Source: Kudoa neothunni
Lineage: Eukaryota; Animalia; Cnidaria
DNA length: 64,000 nucleotides
Reading direction: 5' to 3'
Assembly: GCA_964304625.1 (NCBI GenBank)
Contig: OZ199838.1
Location: forward strand, 13,927,002 to 13,991,001
Shown here piece after piece: positions 13,419 through 26,859 of this stretch. The translations under genes and the position numbers were made by a program. Position 1 is the first letter of the stretch, and each line of letters opens with the position of its first letter. The notes under the pieces are model-generated. The model was not told the DNA's origin, searched no databases, and was given only the letters and a program-made list of their open reading frames with translations.

Positions 13419-14481
13419 CAGTCGAACCCCCTTTATCCGAAAATCGAGCTATCCGAACGAATTTTTAAAATTGATTCGAAAATGATGTATATTCTAAGTA
13501 AAAAAAATTCGTTTAACCGAAACTTCGGCGACCGCAATCCGAAAAAAACTTGTTGCTGGAATTTTCGGATTAAACCGCCTTGAAATCTAGATTAGTGCCT
13601 GGCTAAAATGGCATCTACATTCATTTTTTTGATACATACGTTCATTATTTATTCAGTTAAGTTTATGTTTTATTATTAGAAACAACGTAACGTAGATAAT
13701 ATAATATTTTACATTCAAAATGCAATTACATTGATGATAAACGGATAAATCTTAGGTAAAGACAAATTCCCTTATACATTTTCATGTGTAATCTAATACG
13801 AAAAATGGAATTTATGGGACTATTTCATCATGAATTAGCAGTGAATTCATAAGCCAATTTACCCATTGAATTGACCCAATTCAACAATGTTCACACGTCT
13901 CTTTTTCCCCTAACACCACCACCTTTAAATCTTATTGAGCCGTAGCAATCAATAATCAAAATTAAATTGTTGGAATAAGACATATCTAAATTAAAATTGA
14001 AATTCTAAATATTGTTATGGAGAATTTTGAAAAAATACTCCTCATTGTTGCTTTAATTATTCTTACTATCACTATTAGAAAGACTCAAAATACCCAAATA
14101 ATGAAGAAATTATAAAAAATTAATAATAATAATAATAATAATCCATTTTTTAGAATCTAGAATGTATCATTCCAATATGATTCTAATATAGCGCAGTGGC
14201 GCTGAAGTCGCACATATCGGTAGCACGCGTGTGCCAACTAAGTTGGATCTAGAAGAATTGTACCTTAAAGTAATTTTTTCACATTTTAATCACTAGAATA
14301 ACTTATATACAGTAGATTTGTCTTTAATAATTAAAACCGAACATTGAGTAATGAAAATAAAATATGTAGTCAACCTACAATTCTCATCGTGCGCGTGAAT
14401 CGAACTTCGTTTAACCGGAATTTTAGTGTCCGAAAAAAAAATGTCAGGGCTGAACTTTTTTGGATAAACGGATTTCGACTG
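13419..14481. mobile_element. Non-autonomous pogo/Tigger-type (Tc1/mariner) element, copy 1
   Basis: TA|cagtcgaaccccctttatccgaaaa ... ttttggataaacggatttcgactg|TA. Colinear with a second copy at 47289-48333. Confidence 0.85.
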
Positions 14482-14615
14482 TATCAGATTCTATGTAATG
14501 TTAATTTGTGTTTTAATTTGCGGCATAGGTATAATTGCGCGGATTAATGTATAAGCCTCATTATGCATAAAAGTGTCGAAAAACTTGACGTTTATTAATA
14601 AACGGTTCTTTAAAC

Positions 14616-15149
14616 CAGGGGTCGGTAACCTTTGGGAGTGACGAGCCGAACAGACTTACCCTAACTCTAAGGCGGGTCGGGCCGTATTACAATCAATCTA
14701 CTAAAACGTTAAATTATTCTTAATTCACGTTTTGAATTTAAAAACATAAATAAGAATTTATAAAAGTCATTTAACGTATAAAATTACGTCCAATCAAAAG
14801 TATTATATTCAAATAATGTTCACTTGCAGTGTAATCAACTAGTGCTAAACTTGTGAATGAACGATCTATTGGATTAGGTCAAATAACATAAGATGTACCC
14901 ATACGGCTTTTTAAAAATGTTTTATACATACATTAAAATAATTTTAACGTTATTTAACAGTCATGTTTATTTGAATTTTCTGATTTAATGAGAATGAATT
15001 TTAGTCAACTAAAATGTTTACATCGACAATATATTAACATTTAGAAAAACGATCTAGGTAACAACTTAAAAAGTATTTGGTTATTTTAGATAAGAAGGAA
15101 ATTTTGTATGTCAGTCAAAGCATGACGGTTCGTATGTTGCCGACCCCTG
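14616..15149. mobile_element. hAT (Buster-type) MITE
   Basis: TIRs caggggtcggtaac / gttgccgacccctg. 8-bp TSD ctttaaac / gtttaaac. Confidence 0.85.
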
Positions 15150-15578
15150 GTTTAAACCGTCGATTGTTCTAAAAATAAAAGTCTGAGTTGCATGCCGTAG
15201 TTATTGCATATCCAAAATCAACATTAGGCATGAAATTAACTACGATTTTTTAATGAGAGTGCGGTCTTAAAATATGTAAGGAGGCATTACTCGGATAAAT
15301 TTATTAAAAATAAAATTTGAATAAGTTTGTCACTTTTTGAAGAAAACTGCCAAAACAATACATAATAATGTAACTTTTTACTCATATTATTTATATAAGA
15401 AGACATTAATTTTCTTCATTAGAAATTAAGAATTTTAAGGGGTTTTATCCAAAAATATAAAAGTCTAAAAATTGGTTGGCAAGTTTTTTTTAATTTCTTC
15501 CATCATTTCAATAGTTATCAGTAATGGTCTGAAAAATTCGGATAGTCAAACAAGAATAGATCATATTGGGTTGTTAAA

Positions 15579-15821
15579 GGAAGTGACTATTGGCATTGCA
15601 AATAATATATCAGGTGGCGCTGGTTTTGACTATATTTAATTATTTCCGATCCCAAGATCGAAGCGAAAGGCTCAAAATAATTATATATATAACGGATCCT
15701 TAAAAGTAATTCTATTAACAGCTTGTACGTAAGAGTTTCTGAGATTAATAATTATCAGTGCGCGTGCGTGTAAGCGTACGTGTCGTTTAGAATTAAGTTT
15801 GCCATGCCAATAACCTCTGCC
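15579..15821. mobile_element. About 240-bp MITE with Mutator-like ends (other copies at 29467-29706 and partial at about 5990-6140)
   Basis: Ends ggaagtgactattggca / tgccaataacctctgcc. Shared core aataatta.atata..gatt/cc...agcttgt...gattaa in all three copies. Confidence 0.65.
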
Positions 15822-16290
15822 TAAAATAAAGCGGATTATGGTCAGTCCCACAAAACTTCAACATAATCAAATTCCTGGTGAGATCAATCTTATATTTGGT
15901 AAAATATAATAATAATAATTCATAGCATTCTGTTAATGATATTAGACTCTTCGTCTGAAATAACCGAAATTTTAGAAATATTGTTTGAAATTAACGCATT
16001 TAACATTAAATGATTTAAATAATTAAAAACACTAAAATCTCACAAAAGCAAAAAGTAAGAAAGACTCAATTAACATGAATTCTTCTTCTAGCCTGGAGTA
16101 CAGTGCATCCAGTGGCATAAAAATATTAGATCTCTTTTTTATACTTTATATAGATATTATATTGGAGAAAATAATTTATTTCATCAAAATTTTTGGAAAA
16201 AAAACGTTCCCCAAACATAAGCTAATATTGGTTTTGTTGAAAAGGGGCGCTCACGAGTCATAAAATCGACTGATTATAATTAAAATTAGG

Positions 16291-18956
16291 CACCTTCCGA
16301 GTAACAATGGGGTGAAAAATGATCCCAAAGGTTTTTTGCATGTATCAAATCATTAGGTTATTTACTAACCAAAAGTGAAGTAAAATTGTAAAATTTCTAG
16401 GTTTTCCGTATTATTTTCACGTTTTTTATTTATCCGCGCATGTGCGTATGTACATATCGTCTATGTAAAGCGCGATTGTCGAAATTTAAAATTACTGTTT
16501 CTAGAATTCTCTTAAGATCCTCAGAAAATGTAAAAAATCCATTAAACTATAATTGGTTTATTGAAAAAAAATAAATTATTCTATTTCTATAATGTAAAAT
16601 TGACAATCTAAGCGCGCAAAGCAGTAAACTACACAGGCGTTCATTTCATTAAATAATTTCTATTTTTATGCCATTATTTAGGAGTAAATAAGTTAAGTTT
16701 AAAAATTATTTGATATATAGAAAACAATTGAACAATTGTAATAAATTAACATATAATCTTGTGAACACACTAATCGAAATTCTTGATATAATTATAAATA
16801 ACTATAAAGAACAATCTTTGCAAGAATAAGCTGCATGTCCTCTGCAACATGGACGCCTACAGAGATCACATGTGATGGTTGTTTTTTGCCTTTGTCTCGA
16901 CGACACCAGATACCAGATACATCTTTTTTTGAAATATTTTCCAGCAGAATGTCGAGGATTTATGGAATCTGTATGCTCTATGATGTGTGGAATTTTGTTC
17001 TTTTAATATCTGGGTCGTTAAATATCTCATTTTAAACTACAAATTCATTCACAAGTGAGATATCAATCATGTTGTAAAACACAACTAACAGCCATCTTCG
17101 GTGAAAAGTCTCACTGAGACCTATGTCAACATACGATCTACAGTGTCAACTCCTCCTTTAGCAGCATTATACCGTAGAATAACATCTGGCTTATGAGGAA
17201 ACATTCTACAAAGTTTTGTGTTATGGTTGGATGTACACAATATGGGGACATTCTTGTTTTCTTTGGAGTGAACGATACCAATATTATCTTTCTGTTGGAA
17301 ACAAATTTTGATTCATTCACTTGGGTTCTTCTATTAGGGAGGAGGAATGGTGGTATATTTCTTTTATTCTTACGAAATGTACCAACTATAGTCATTCTTT
17401 TTCTGATTAATTCATCAGCCAAAGAAATTGATGTAAAATAATTATCGCAAACCAAATTACATCCTGAACCAATTAGATTTTCAATTAATTTGAAAGCAAT
17501 ATTCTTACCAGCATCATAAACTTTGACATCAGTCGAATATTTTTTACCAATATATGCATCCATATTTAATACATAGAAAGTTTGCTGATTTATTATTAAA
17601 AAAATTCTAACCCGTATTTCGCAGGTTAATTCTTTATGTATTGTGTGAACGAGCAGTTACCCCTAAAGGATACAAACTGTTCATCAAGATACACATCAGA
17701 TCCAGGATTAAAACTTTTGCTCGCAATATTGACCCAACTCTCTCGAATGGGGAAAAATTTATCCAGTAATTTTCTCTGCTCTCTTGTACTTGCGCCGTCA
17801 AAATGGATCACTCTAGTTATTGTCTAAATCTTCGCCGAGAAAATAAATCTTTGTATATTTTCCTGCCTTCAGTAGAACTAAACAAATCAACTAATGGTTC
17901 TTGACGATCTTTATGGATAACCATATATAAGATACGGCAAATAAAACCATGTATTCCATCGTTATCAACATTTCCCTGTTTTTTCCCATAATGATTATTT
18001 CCAACGGGAACAAATAGTGAAAACATCCAGCGATACTAGGAATTCGTTGAATGGCGTATGGGATCACACCTTGTTGAAAATTTACTATGTTTTTCGCTGC
18101 ATCTTTTGTTTTTCTTGGTTTCACGACGCTCGACAAATTATTATTTTTATCAGCGAGGGAATCAGCATATTCGCTAATCATGGTATCATCCTCAACGTCT
18201 TTACTATCAGACTCCCTCATGTATACCAAATCCAATGTATCGAGGTCAGATTCATCGATATTATCATTGCCACCTGCTAAAGATATTCCATCGCCTCTAA
18301 AACAATGTCTCGCGCTTGCGCCGTCAGGTTTGAAGTATTTGTCATTTTTCGACATGAAAATAACGTTCAATTTAAGTTTTCTTTCATAAGTGGAGTAATT
18401 GAATTGTATAGTATTTGTAACATGTGGATTATATAAGGGTTGTAATCCACCAACCATAGATGCGCGATCGAGAGCAGTGCGGTATGGCACCACCGCCCTT
18501 TAATACAAAGAACCCAGGTTCGGACCTTGTGTTACAGTATTGAAACTTTAAATAAAAACCTGGGGTCTTTTTTCACCCCATTTGTTTTTGTTACTCGGAG
18601 GGTGCGTTTTTTCAAATCTTCGCCATGTTGATTTATAATTTTTTCGAAAATATTTATCAATAGGTATTTGAGTTATAAAAACATGGCTGAAATCTTGTTA
18701 TTGAAAACTTTCTGGTTTTAGAGAAAACCGAAGTGTAATTTCTTCCGGGGTCATTTTCCACCCCATGTTATTTGGTGTATTTTTATTGTTTTAATATTAA
18801 TATAAAATATGAAAATCTCTTTAATTATTATTTTTATGTAGATGTTTGTGCTTTGGAGAACAGTAGAAATTTAAGCTTTGGTAATTATTTCAATTTCGAT
18901 AAAATCGCGTTTCAAATCGCAATGGGGTCCTTTTTCACCCCATGTTACTTAGAAGG
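16291..18956 (-). mobile_element. Decayed piggyBac transposon; transposase pseudogene on minus strand, about 16800-18350
   Basis: Fragments HFDGASTR, DEQFVSFRG, CDNYFTS, VGTFRKNKR and GVDTVD cover the DDD triad regions. Inverted subterminal repeats ccttccgagtaac..ggggtgaaaaa / ttttcacccc..gttactcggaggg. Right end ...agaagg followed by ataa (degenerate TTAA). Confidence 0.88.
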
Positions 18957-19258
18957 ATAAAAAAACACTTGTTTAACATACAACAAAAATAGAATCGTAT
19001 TAATTAAAGTTTTAAACATTCTTCCGATTCAATAATTCCGTCCTCGGACATTAAATTTAAATTTATCGTCGTATGATTGCAAAGTTTTGGCACGAACACT
19101 CACAATTTATTACTTCGTAGTTCAAAATATATTTTGAACTAACGTTTAAAGTTTCTAATAACGTGTGACAACGTTTACTGAGTAATTATGCAATCGTGTC
19201 ATGTTAAACAATCTAATGTGCTGTCGTTCAATATCGCAAATGTTTAAACCCTGCATGA

Positions 19259-19401
19259 CAATGGTTCCCGCATTCCTAAGGGTATGAACTGTGGGCTTGG
19301 GGTGAGAGATTCGATCACAAAATAATTTCTGAGAAATTTGAGTCAGTTACACCTTATCGTATGCAAGCGGGTACGAGTCCAATTTTAGTTGGGAAGCGCT
19401 G
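19259..19401. mobile_element. 143-bp hAT-type MITE inserted in the 18961-19546 element
   Basis: Ends caatggttccc / gggaagcgctg. 8-bp TSD ctgcatga / ttgcatga. The empty site is visible in the paralogous copy near 6310. Confidence 0.75.
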
Positions 19402-19554
19402 TTGCATGATATAATCTGAATAGGATACGTCATTAAAAATATAAATATCCTTTAATGTTTACATGTTTTCAGTAGAATCTAATATTTTGTATTAAATGAA
19501 GAAAACTCCCAAGATCTTGGGGAAAATCCCAGACACTGGCAGCCTGCCTTAAAC

Positions 19555-22500
19555 CAGGGCGTCCAATGAGACTATCGGACAAAACCCAAGGTCGCGAAGA
19601 AAACTCAATGGTATTATTAAATAACAAAAGTTTTTATTTTAACCACATTTTCTAATTATTATCGTCAATTGAATCGCCTTCATCATCTTAACAACCCTCA
19701 GTTAGGAAGGATGATCTATTTTTCAATCGCTCAAGGTATCGTTGGCTCACAACACCGCTGCTCACATCGTGTATTAGTTTACTTGTTGGTTGCGACGTCA
19801 AACACGTGTTAATATTTTTTCTGATCAACTTCTTTGCGATAGGTTTACATTTTACAGTTTCAGCCTATAATGAGTTTGTTTAGTTTTTACTGTGTTCATT
19901 AATAAATAAATAATTTCAACATTAGTAGTAGCTGGAATTTCTGTCCTTAGCATATTGATCAAGCCAATATTTAAAATCTACATTTAACCAATTTTGATCG
20001 GAGCATATATTACCTCACGCTCTTTTTTGAGCTCCGTTTGAAATTTCACACATACTTTAAAATAATAAACGCCAATAACTTCAAAATATGTTATTAAAAA
20101 GGCAGTGTCTATTGGCCCGAACAAATTGATTTTTTTAATTTTCGAGCTTTTTATTATAGTAAATCTGTGTTGTCTGATATAAAACAACTTGCAAGTGCTT
20201 ACTTAATTTTTTTATCGAGTTATATCGGTTAAAAATATTCTGTATTATGTAATATGGTTTCGACTAAATGGACCGTAAAAAGTCTTTTTATTGAGTTTAT
20301 GAGTTATTTATTTATTCAAATGAACATTTTTAGTTCTGATTAAATTTTTAACTATCTATGTAACTAAAATTTTTATTTTAATAGTTTTAATTTTATTGTA
20401 ACGTGCGTTGATTTGATTGTAATCATCCCCTAATGTTGTAATACAAAATTATTGTAAAAAAATGTAGGATTTTTCACCAGACCAAAAACATAAAGTATAT
20501 AGTTGTTGTATTTGAAGATATTTGGTTATAGCAAAAGAAAAATTTTGATTTTACTCCTACGCGCGTGTTTACGAAATGGGATTGCCTGAACTTAATACGA
20601 TTTTTCAAACCGGAAATACTTTTAGCATTTTTGGTGAGTTAAAGTTGAAAATAGAGTAATATGAACAAAACTCCACTGGTAGTTTATCTATATATGACTC
20701 TTAAACCATCAAAAGAACTTAGAAGCGATGCAATAAAACGTTAAATCCAAGACTTTGGTTTTATCATATAAAATACTGCTGGGTTCATCGCGACAAAAAC
20801 TTAATTTCTTCAAAAATTTAAATAAATTTTGTATATGCATTCAAGTTTGAAAACACGCAGTCGTTATTTTAGAGAAAACGATCTGTTGGTAAAAGAAATT
20901 CGAATTCTTATTACAAAGCATGTCCATTGTTTCTAAAATTTTCAATCACCGCCGATGTAAAAAAATTCGTGTTAAACTCCTTTGACTTATCGCATAACCA
21001 TGATTCTATGAACTTTCCATCACAATATTTGCATAGTTGAAATAAAATATCAAATGATGAAAGTGATCTTATCGCTCAATTTGTTGAAGTTGACGGAAAT
21101 TCCAAAGTAATCCAAGAAAAAATATTACGAGAAAGGGGAATTTTGTTTCATTGAATAAAGTGTCTAACATGAAGCACTCTTGTAAATCACATACAAAGAG
21201 CCTGCAATTTTAAAAAAATTCAAATAAAAAAGGAAGGTATTTAGAGATATGGGAAATCAACAATGAGATTATAGGCTGCGACATATGTCTTCAATCGAGC
21301 TATTTTAAATGCCAACATATTAAACTGAACCCGTCATCAAAATATTAGAGTTGTATGAATTGTAAAACAGAAGAATGATAGTAAGAGAAATTATGATAAA
21401 AAAGCTTTCGTTTTAATTCATATGCTATTTAAATATATCTTATACCATCATGAATATGTATTTTACCCATCCATAAGATGGTATATTATGTTACAATAAT
21501 TTAAATGGATTTTTCTATCAAATACGTTCAATCAATTTTACAAAATTCATATGGTCATATAGTAGAATTCATGAGAACATCTGAGTGATACATGGCTTGG
21601 TGAAAAAAGTCTAAGTCCAACATTTTTTGAATAAAATCACCAATAAAAAGTTATATTTTTAAACGTTGAAAATAATGGTCCAAATATGAATAAAATTGTT
21701 ATAGTGGATAATAAAAATTAAATATTTTAATTGAGAACATTAAATTTCAACCAGTATCGTCAAAATTCAGTTTGTATGCGAAGTCTAAATAAGGGAGTAT
21801 GTGAAGTGTCCTGATTAGGTATAAATCAATAAATTGGATTTATTTTCAAATAAAAAATCCTATTCATAACATTTATTTACATTGAGTGATTTGATACCGA
21901 TATTATAAAAAATATCAATGTCGGACATTTGACGCCATTTGGAGTTTTGGGTTTACGACGACCATTTATATGGATGAAATCAATTCAAAAATATTGAAAA
22001 TAGCAAATAACATGATTACAACAGTGAACTCATTTAAAACTATGAATATAACAAGGATATATCATATCAGAAAATTATTATTACACAATACGTGGAGCGA
22101 ATAAATTTCTTACTGATGAAAAATCATAAAAACATTTCATTCAAATGTTAAACAAGTTTATGAAGAAAATAGAGCATTTACAGCGATAAATTACAATAAT
22201 GATGAGGATGGGTCTTTCCTAAGTAACGCCTTATATCACAGATTCCTGGGGACAAAATTCTTTTATTTTTTTTTCACATTAATATATAATCCATTTTAAT
22301 AATGTTTTGACTCATTAAAATTTAAAAAGAATCCCCTAAATAGGTAAAAACAATTTGTTCGGGCCAATAGACACTTCCTATTAAAAAAACCAGAAAATCT
22401 TAAGACAGCGCTGAAGTAACCAAATACAATCAAATAATAATAAGATCAATTGATTAAATAACAACTATTCAGGGGTTGGAAATCAGTGCGTTGTCGACGA

Positions 22501-22669
22501 CCGTGATATCATTAAAATTACGAATAATTTTAATTCTCTCCGTTACTAAAACAATAAATATTATTATTCTACCTAATTCTAAAACTTATTATTTATAAAC
22601 TAGCCTCAAAGAATTCAATAATCTAAAAGTTTTGTAAATAAACAAAAATTCCAAAGTTTTGACGACCTG
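19555..22669. mobile_element. Non-autonomous hAT-type element hosting a Mutator insertion
   Basis: Ends cagggcgtccaa / tttgacgacctg. 8-bp TSD ccttaaac / ccctaaac. Confidence 0.7.
20101..22378 (+). mobile_element. Mutator-like element (MULE) with heavily decayed interior
   Basis: 28-bp TIRs ggcagtgtctattggcccgaacaaattg / caatttgttcgggccaatagacacttcc. Perfect 9-bp TSD tattaaaaa. G-initiated TIRs plus a 9-bp TSD are typical of Mutator. Strand is a guess from decayed coding-like sequence. Confidence 0.8.
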
Positions 22670-24675
22670 CCCTAAACGGTACGTTCGCATGCGCAATGGA
22701 AATTTTTAATCTCCGCAACTCTTACTTACAAACTGTTTACAGATGTAATTTTTTTATCTGCTATATATAATAATTTCAGGTGTTCCACTCCGATCTTAGA
22801 GGCTAGAGATAATAAAATATAATCAAAATTAATGCCCCTGAATATTATTTGCGATGCCGATAGCCATCTCCTTAAAATTATCAAGCTGTTAATGAAAATT
22901 TCAGTTAACTTGTTCACGTACATAAATTAGTGAAACGTGTAAACCAGTTTTAAGCATAATTATTTAAATGGATTAGAACAGCTTTGAACGTGTACAATTT
23001 GGTAATGTGTTCACAAAGTTGAGATCAATTTAAAACCCAAAAAATTTTCAAAAAATCGGTTAAATTCATAAAAACAAATAAAAATAATAGTTTTTTCTTA
23101 ATGGAATCTGTTATCCAAATGACTGCTGTTATTGATTGGCGGTGGTAATCAATAACAGTTATTGTGTAATCGGAAAAAAACAACTTAAGTGCTAAGATCT
23201 AGATGATAATACCAATCCTAATTGTATTTATGGATAACGGCAATAATATGACGCGACACTTTCGCACATCGCTTCGAATAGGTTAATTCAGTGAACAGCT
23301 TTTACGGAACATTAAGACCCAAGTTTTAAATAAATTCGCTACACAACATTTAATTCGAACCACACTAATTCATTCCAATTCTCATAAACACTTAGTGTAG
23401 ATACCACGAGACTATTAAAATTTGAATATTCTCACACCCGTTGACGCCCATCCAAACTTTGTAGCATAGAGATTAGAACAAAGATTAGATTTTGTGGGTA
23501 GATGGGAAAAGTGTGTTCAACCTGCATAAACAAAAGGCGACTAAGATAAAATGTAATTCATCGAATTAATTTGAAACAATCGAAAACAATTAGAAAATTT
23601 GATAAAGTATTGAATTCGAGATTAACGAATCACCTACCGACAAGGTTTAACAATGATTATCCAAACAAACCAATTCGACGAGTAATACACTTTTCAATAT
23701 AGTCGGAAAACTCTAATTTAGTTATTCGCCTCAGCGTAGATAATGGCATAGTTTTGGTGTATATTGTAATATGGTGGTTTTAGTAGGTAGGTATCTAACT
23801 AGAAAACATTTTACACCCACAGGATTTAGTTAATCTCATAGTAACCGACATGCGGCCTAGCTGTTTTCCGATTTAACTTGCGAGGTTTGTTGGTCGATCA
23901 TCTTGGGTAGATTAAAGAAATTGAAGGGCCTTTTTCATTATTTCTCTGCATAGATCGACTGTTTCAAAGGTAATTTGTATACTAATCACAACCTATTAGG
24001 TTAAGGTTAAAATCTCAGGCACCGGTTGGACACCTAAACTAGATTGAGTTTGATTCGAATTTCTTCCGTTTAATGGCCGGCTTCTGTTTGTAATTATATG
24101 TATATATACATATAATTGATTCTGAGTTCTTTACACAGAGCTTCATTAAAGTTTACATCATTTAAGGAATGTATTAGATTTGTTTTGATGCGAGGAGTAC
24201 GAAGTATGCATTAGAAAGCTCTATTAAGTTATTATCAGGGAGAAGTTGGTATTTGTTGGGTTAAGCGAAAATTTCAATAATAAGATTTAGCACACTTTAA
24301 ATTATTAAAAATGAATACACGATGGAATCATGCGTTAAGTTTAACAATTATTCAATTGAAAGTCATTAAACTTTCTCTGCGGTGTATGCGCGATGTAATA
24401 ATTAATTCCTATGAATAGAGTTTTATTTAAGCACGAAGATTATTTGAATAGGGTATTAGAGTTTGACATAGGATATCGTTGTTGCGAGATTGGTGACGAT
24501 AGTGTTATCTGTTGGGAGGCAGGTTTGAAGTTATTATAGAGGTTGAACTTAAGTTGCAATTTTATTAACTGGTTGAGATACTTAACAAACTGGGTGATAA
24601 GTGTTTTCTCAAAAACACGTATATTCGTCTATGTGAATTATATCGATAATGTATGTGTTTGTAGATAGGCTGGCA

Positions 24676-26812
24676 ATGAGAAACAGATCCAGACATCACA
24701 CAAGGAATACATCGATATCAACATCGAAACAATTTGAACCACGTAGAGTGGCAGCAATGGAGTCTCAGCAGAATTCTACAGGTCACGACATCGTATCCGA
24801 CGAGAACAACTTTTTCTCACCATACATGTCATCAGATATACAACACTCAATACGAAATAATAAAGATGTTGATTGTGATTTGGATTGTCACACTCAAGAA
24901 ACTTATTACGACACTGAAGAGCCAAATCATCGTAGTGCCGATTGGGGAGAGATTGTGAATAGCACGAATTTGATTGCCGAAAGTTTGGGTTATTATCACC
25001 ATTATCCAGTTGTTATGGATAATAATATTGGTGTCGTTGGATCAATTAGTGGAACTACTGCAGTGGAACATAAGCGACAAAGCCAAGGACTTAATTTTGC
25101 TGTGAGCAATGCAGCAACAGCAGCAGCCACTACTCCACATCCATCAAATGGTCAACAATCTTTTCCTGTACTCACCTCATCCAGTTATTATTATGCTTAC
25201 GCTTCTGCAGCTGCTAATTCGGATGGTACTCAAATGTACAGTTGTCCTCCTGCACATGCACATGTGCTTGATTATAACGGAAACAACATTCGTGGTCTAC
25301 GTAATAGGGATCAACGCCAACTTAATCCGGATACATTCTATGCCCATCATAACAGTGTATGTGTATTTGTTTAGAATGTTGGGTGTTAGTCGTTGTGGCA
25401 AGCAGCATCATATTTGATACAGATTTATCGGTCGTATTCGCATTAGATCGAAATTTAAAATTATCAATTATTTTATTGTGATTGGCGGTTTTTGTTCAAT
25501 TTGTTTTGTATTTAGTATCCACAACACAATAGCGAGAATTTAATGTCCCCAGAAACACCCGAAAAAAGCTCATCACCATCAGCACAATTCAATAACAACA
25601 ACACATATAACACACGGAACAAACCACCAGTTCCAATTCATTCATTAACCAGTGTTGATATTCTTCAGTTTGAATCCAAACTTCAACCAAACGGTAGTAA
25701 ACTTAATCAATAATAGGAATATTTGTTTGCGTGTGATTTCCCAAGAGTAATTTGTTATTCTCTATAGAATCGAATGGGTCTTTCAATCATAATACCTTCT
25801 ATAATATGACATTTGAGAAGGCTGGCTCCAACCCTAATACCGATCCCATTGATAGCAATTCCTATCCATCCAGGAAATTAGTGAAACCTTTGATGGTAGG
25901 CCATTCCAGTGAATATGATCATCAATCGTTATCGACAACCACAATCAACAATGTAATCAACCTGTCATCAATCCAATATTATAATTGTTTTTATTTACCG
26001 AATAGATAATAGAACGACCTTTCAATACACCTGATGTGTCAAGTGATGTTATTGGAGCTGCAAAAGATAAAACCAACGCGTTGATCAACTTGTCATCAGA
26101 GCTTGCGCACTCTCAAGATTACACCCAACACAAAGGTTCACTCTCGTCGTCGACGACCATCAACTTTAATTCCGCCGTTGGTATGAATGATAAGTCGGCT
26201 TCTGCAACACCCATAAACAGTTCTAATCATAATATTATCAGTACTATAAGTACATCGTCGTCGTCGACAACATCGGTTAACTCCACTGTTATTCCAATTG
26301 TGCAATCTAATACTGACTCACTACAGAATAATAGTAGAGGGAAAAAAAGTGAAATACATGCGGAGTATTCTATGTCTCATGATACCAGTAGTGTTAGTAC
26401 GTCCAATCTTCCTATTGATCGAATCAATCCTAATATCGCCACTCAAACCATGCAGAATTCTATGGGTGGTAATATAAAAAATAACGAAAGACTACCTTCC
26501 ACCTCTAATCTCAACAATACTAATGTCGATAGTTCTCGACGTGTGCCCACCGCTACTTCTGAATTATCATCTAGGATCGATGATAATTCTAGTAGTATTG
26601 AAAAATTAGGTCATCAACCATCATCAGTAAACTCAACACCTTCAAAAGTTGCTCCCGTTTCCATGGATTCTAAAGATTATAAAAATGTCGAGAGTATTGT
26701 CAACAAAATACTTGTACCTATCACCTACAGTTCCTACAATGATATTATTGATATGGATAATCAATTTTATAAACTTAATCTTGATAATATCAATGAAAAT
26801 TATTATCAGCAT

Positions 26813-26859
<47 letters not shown>

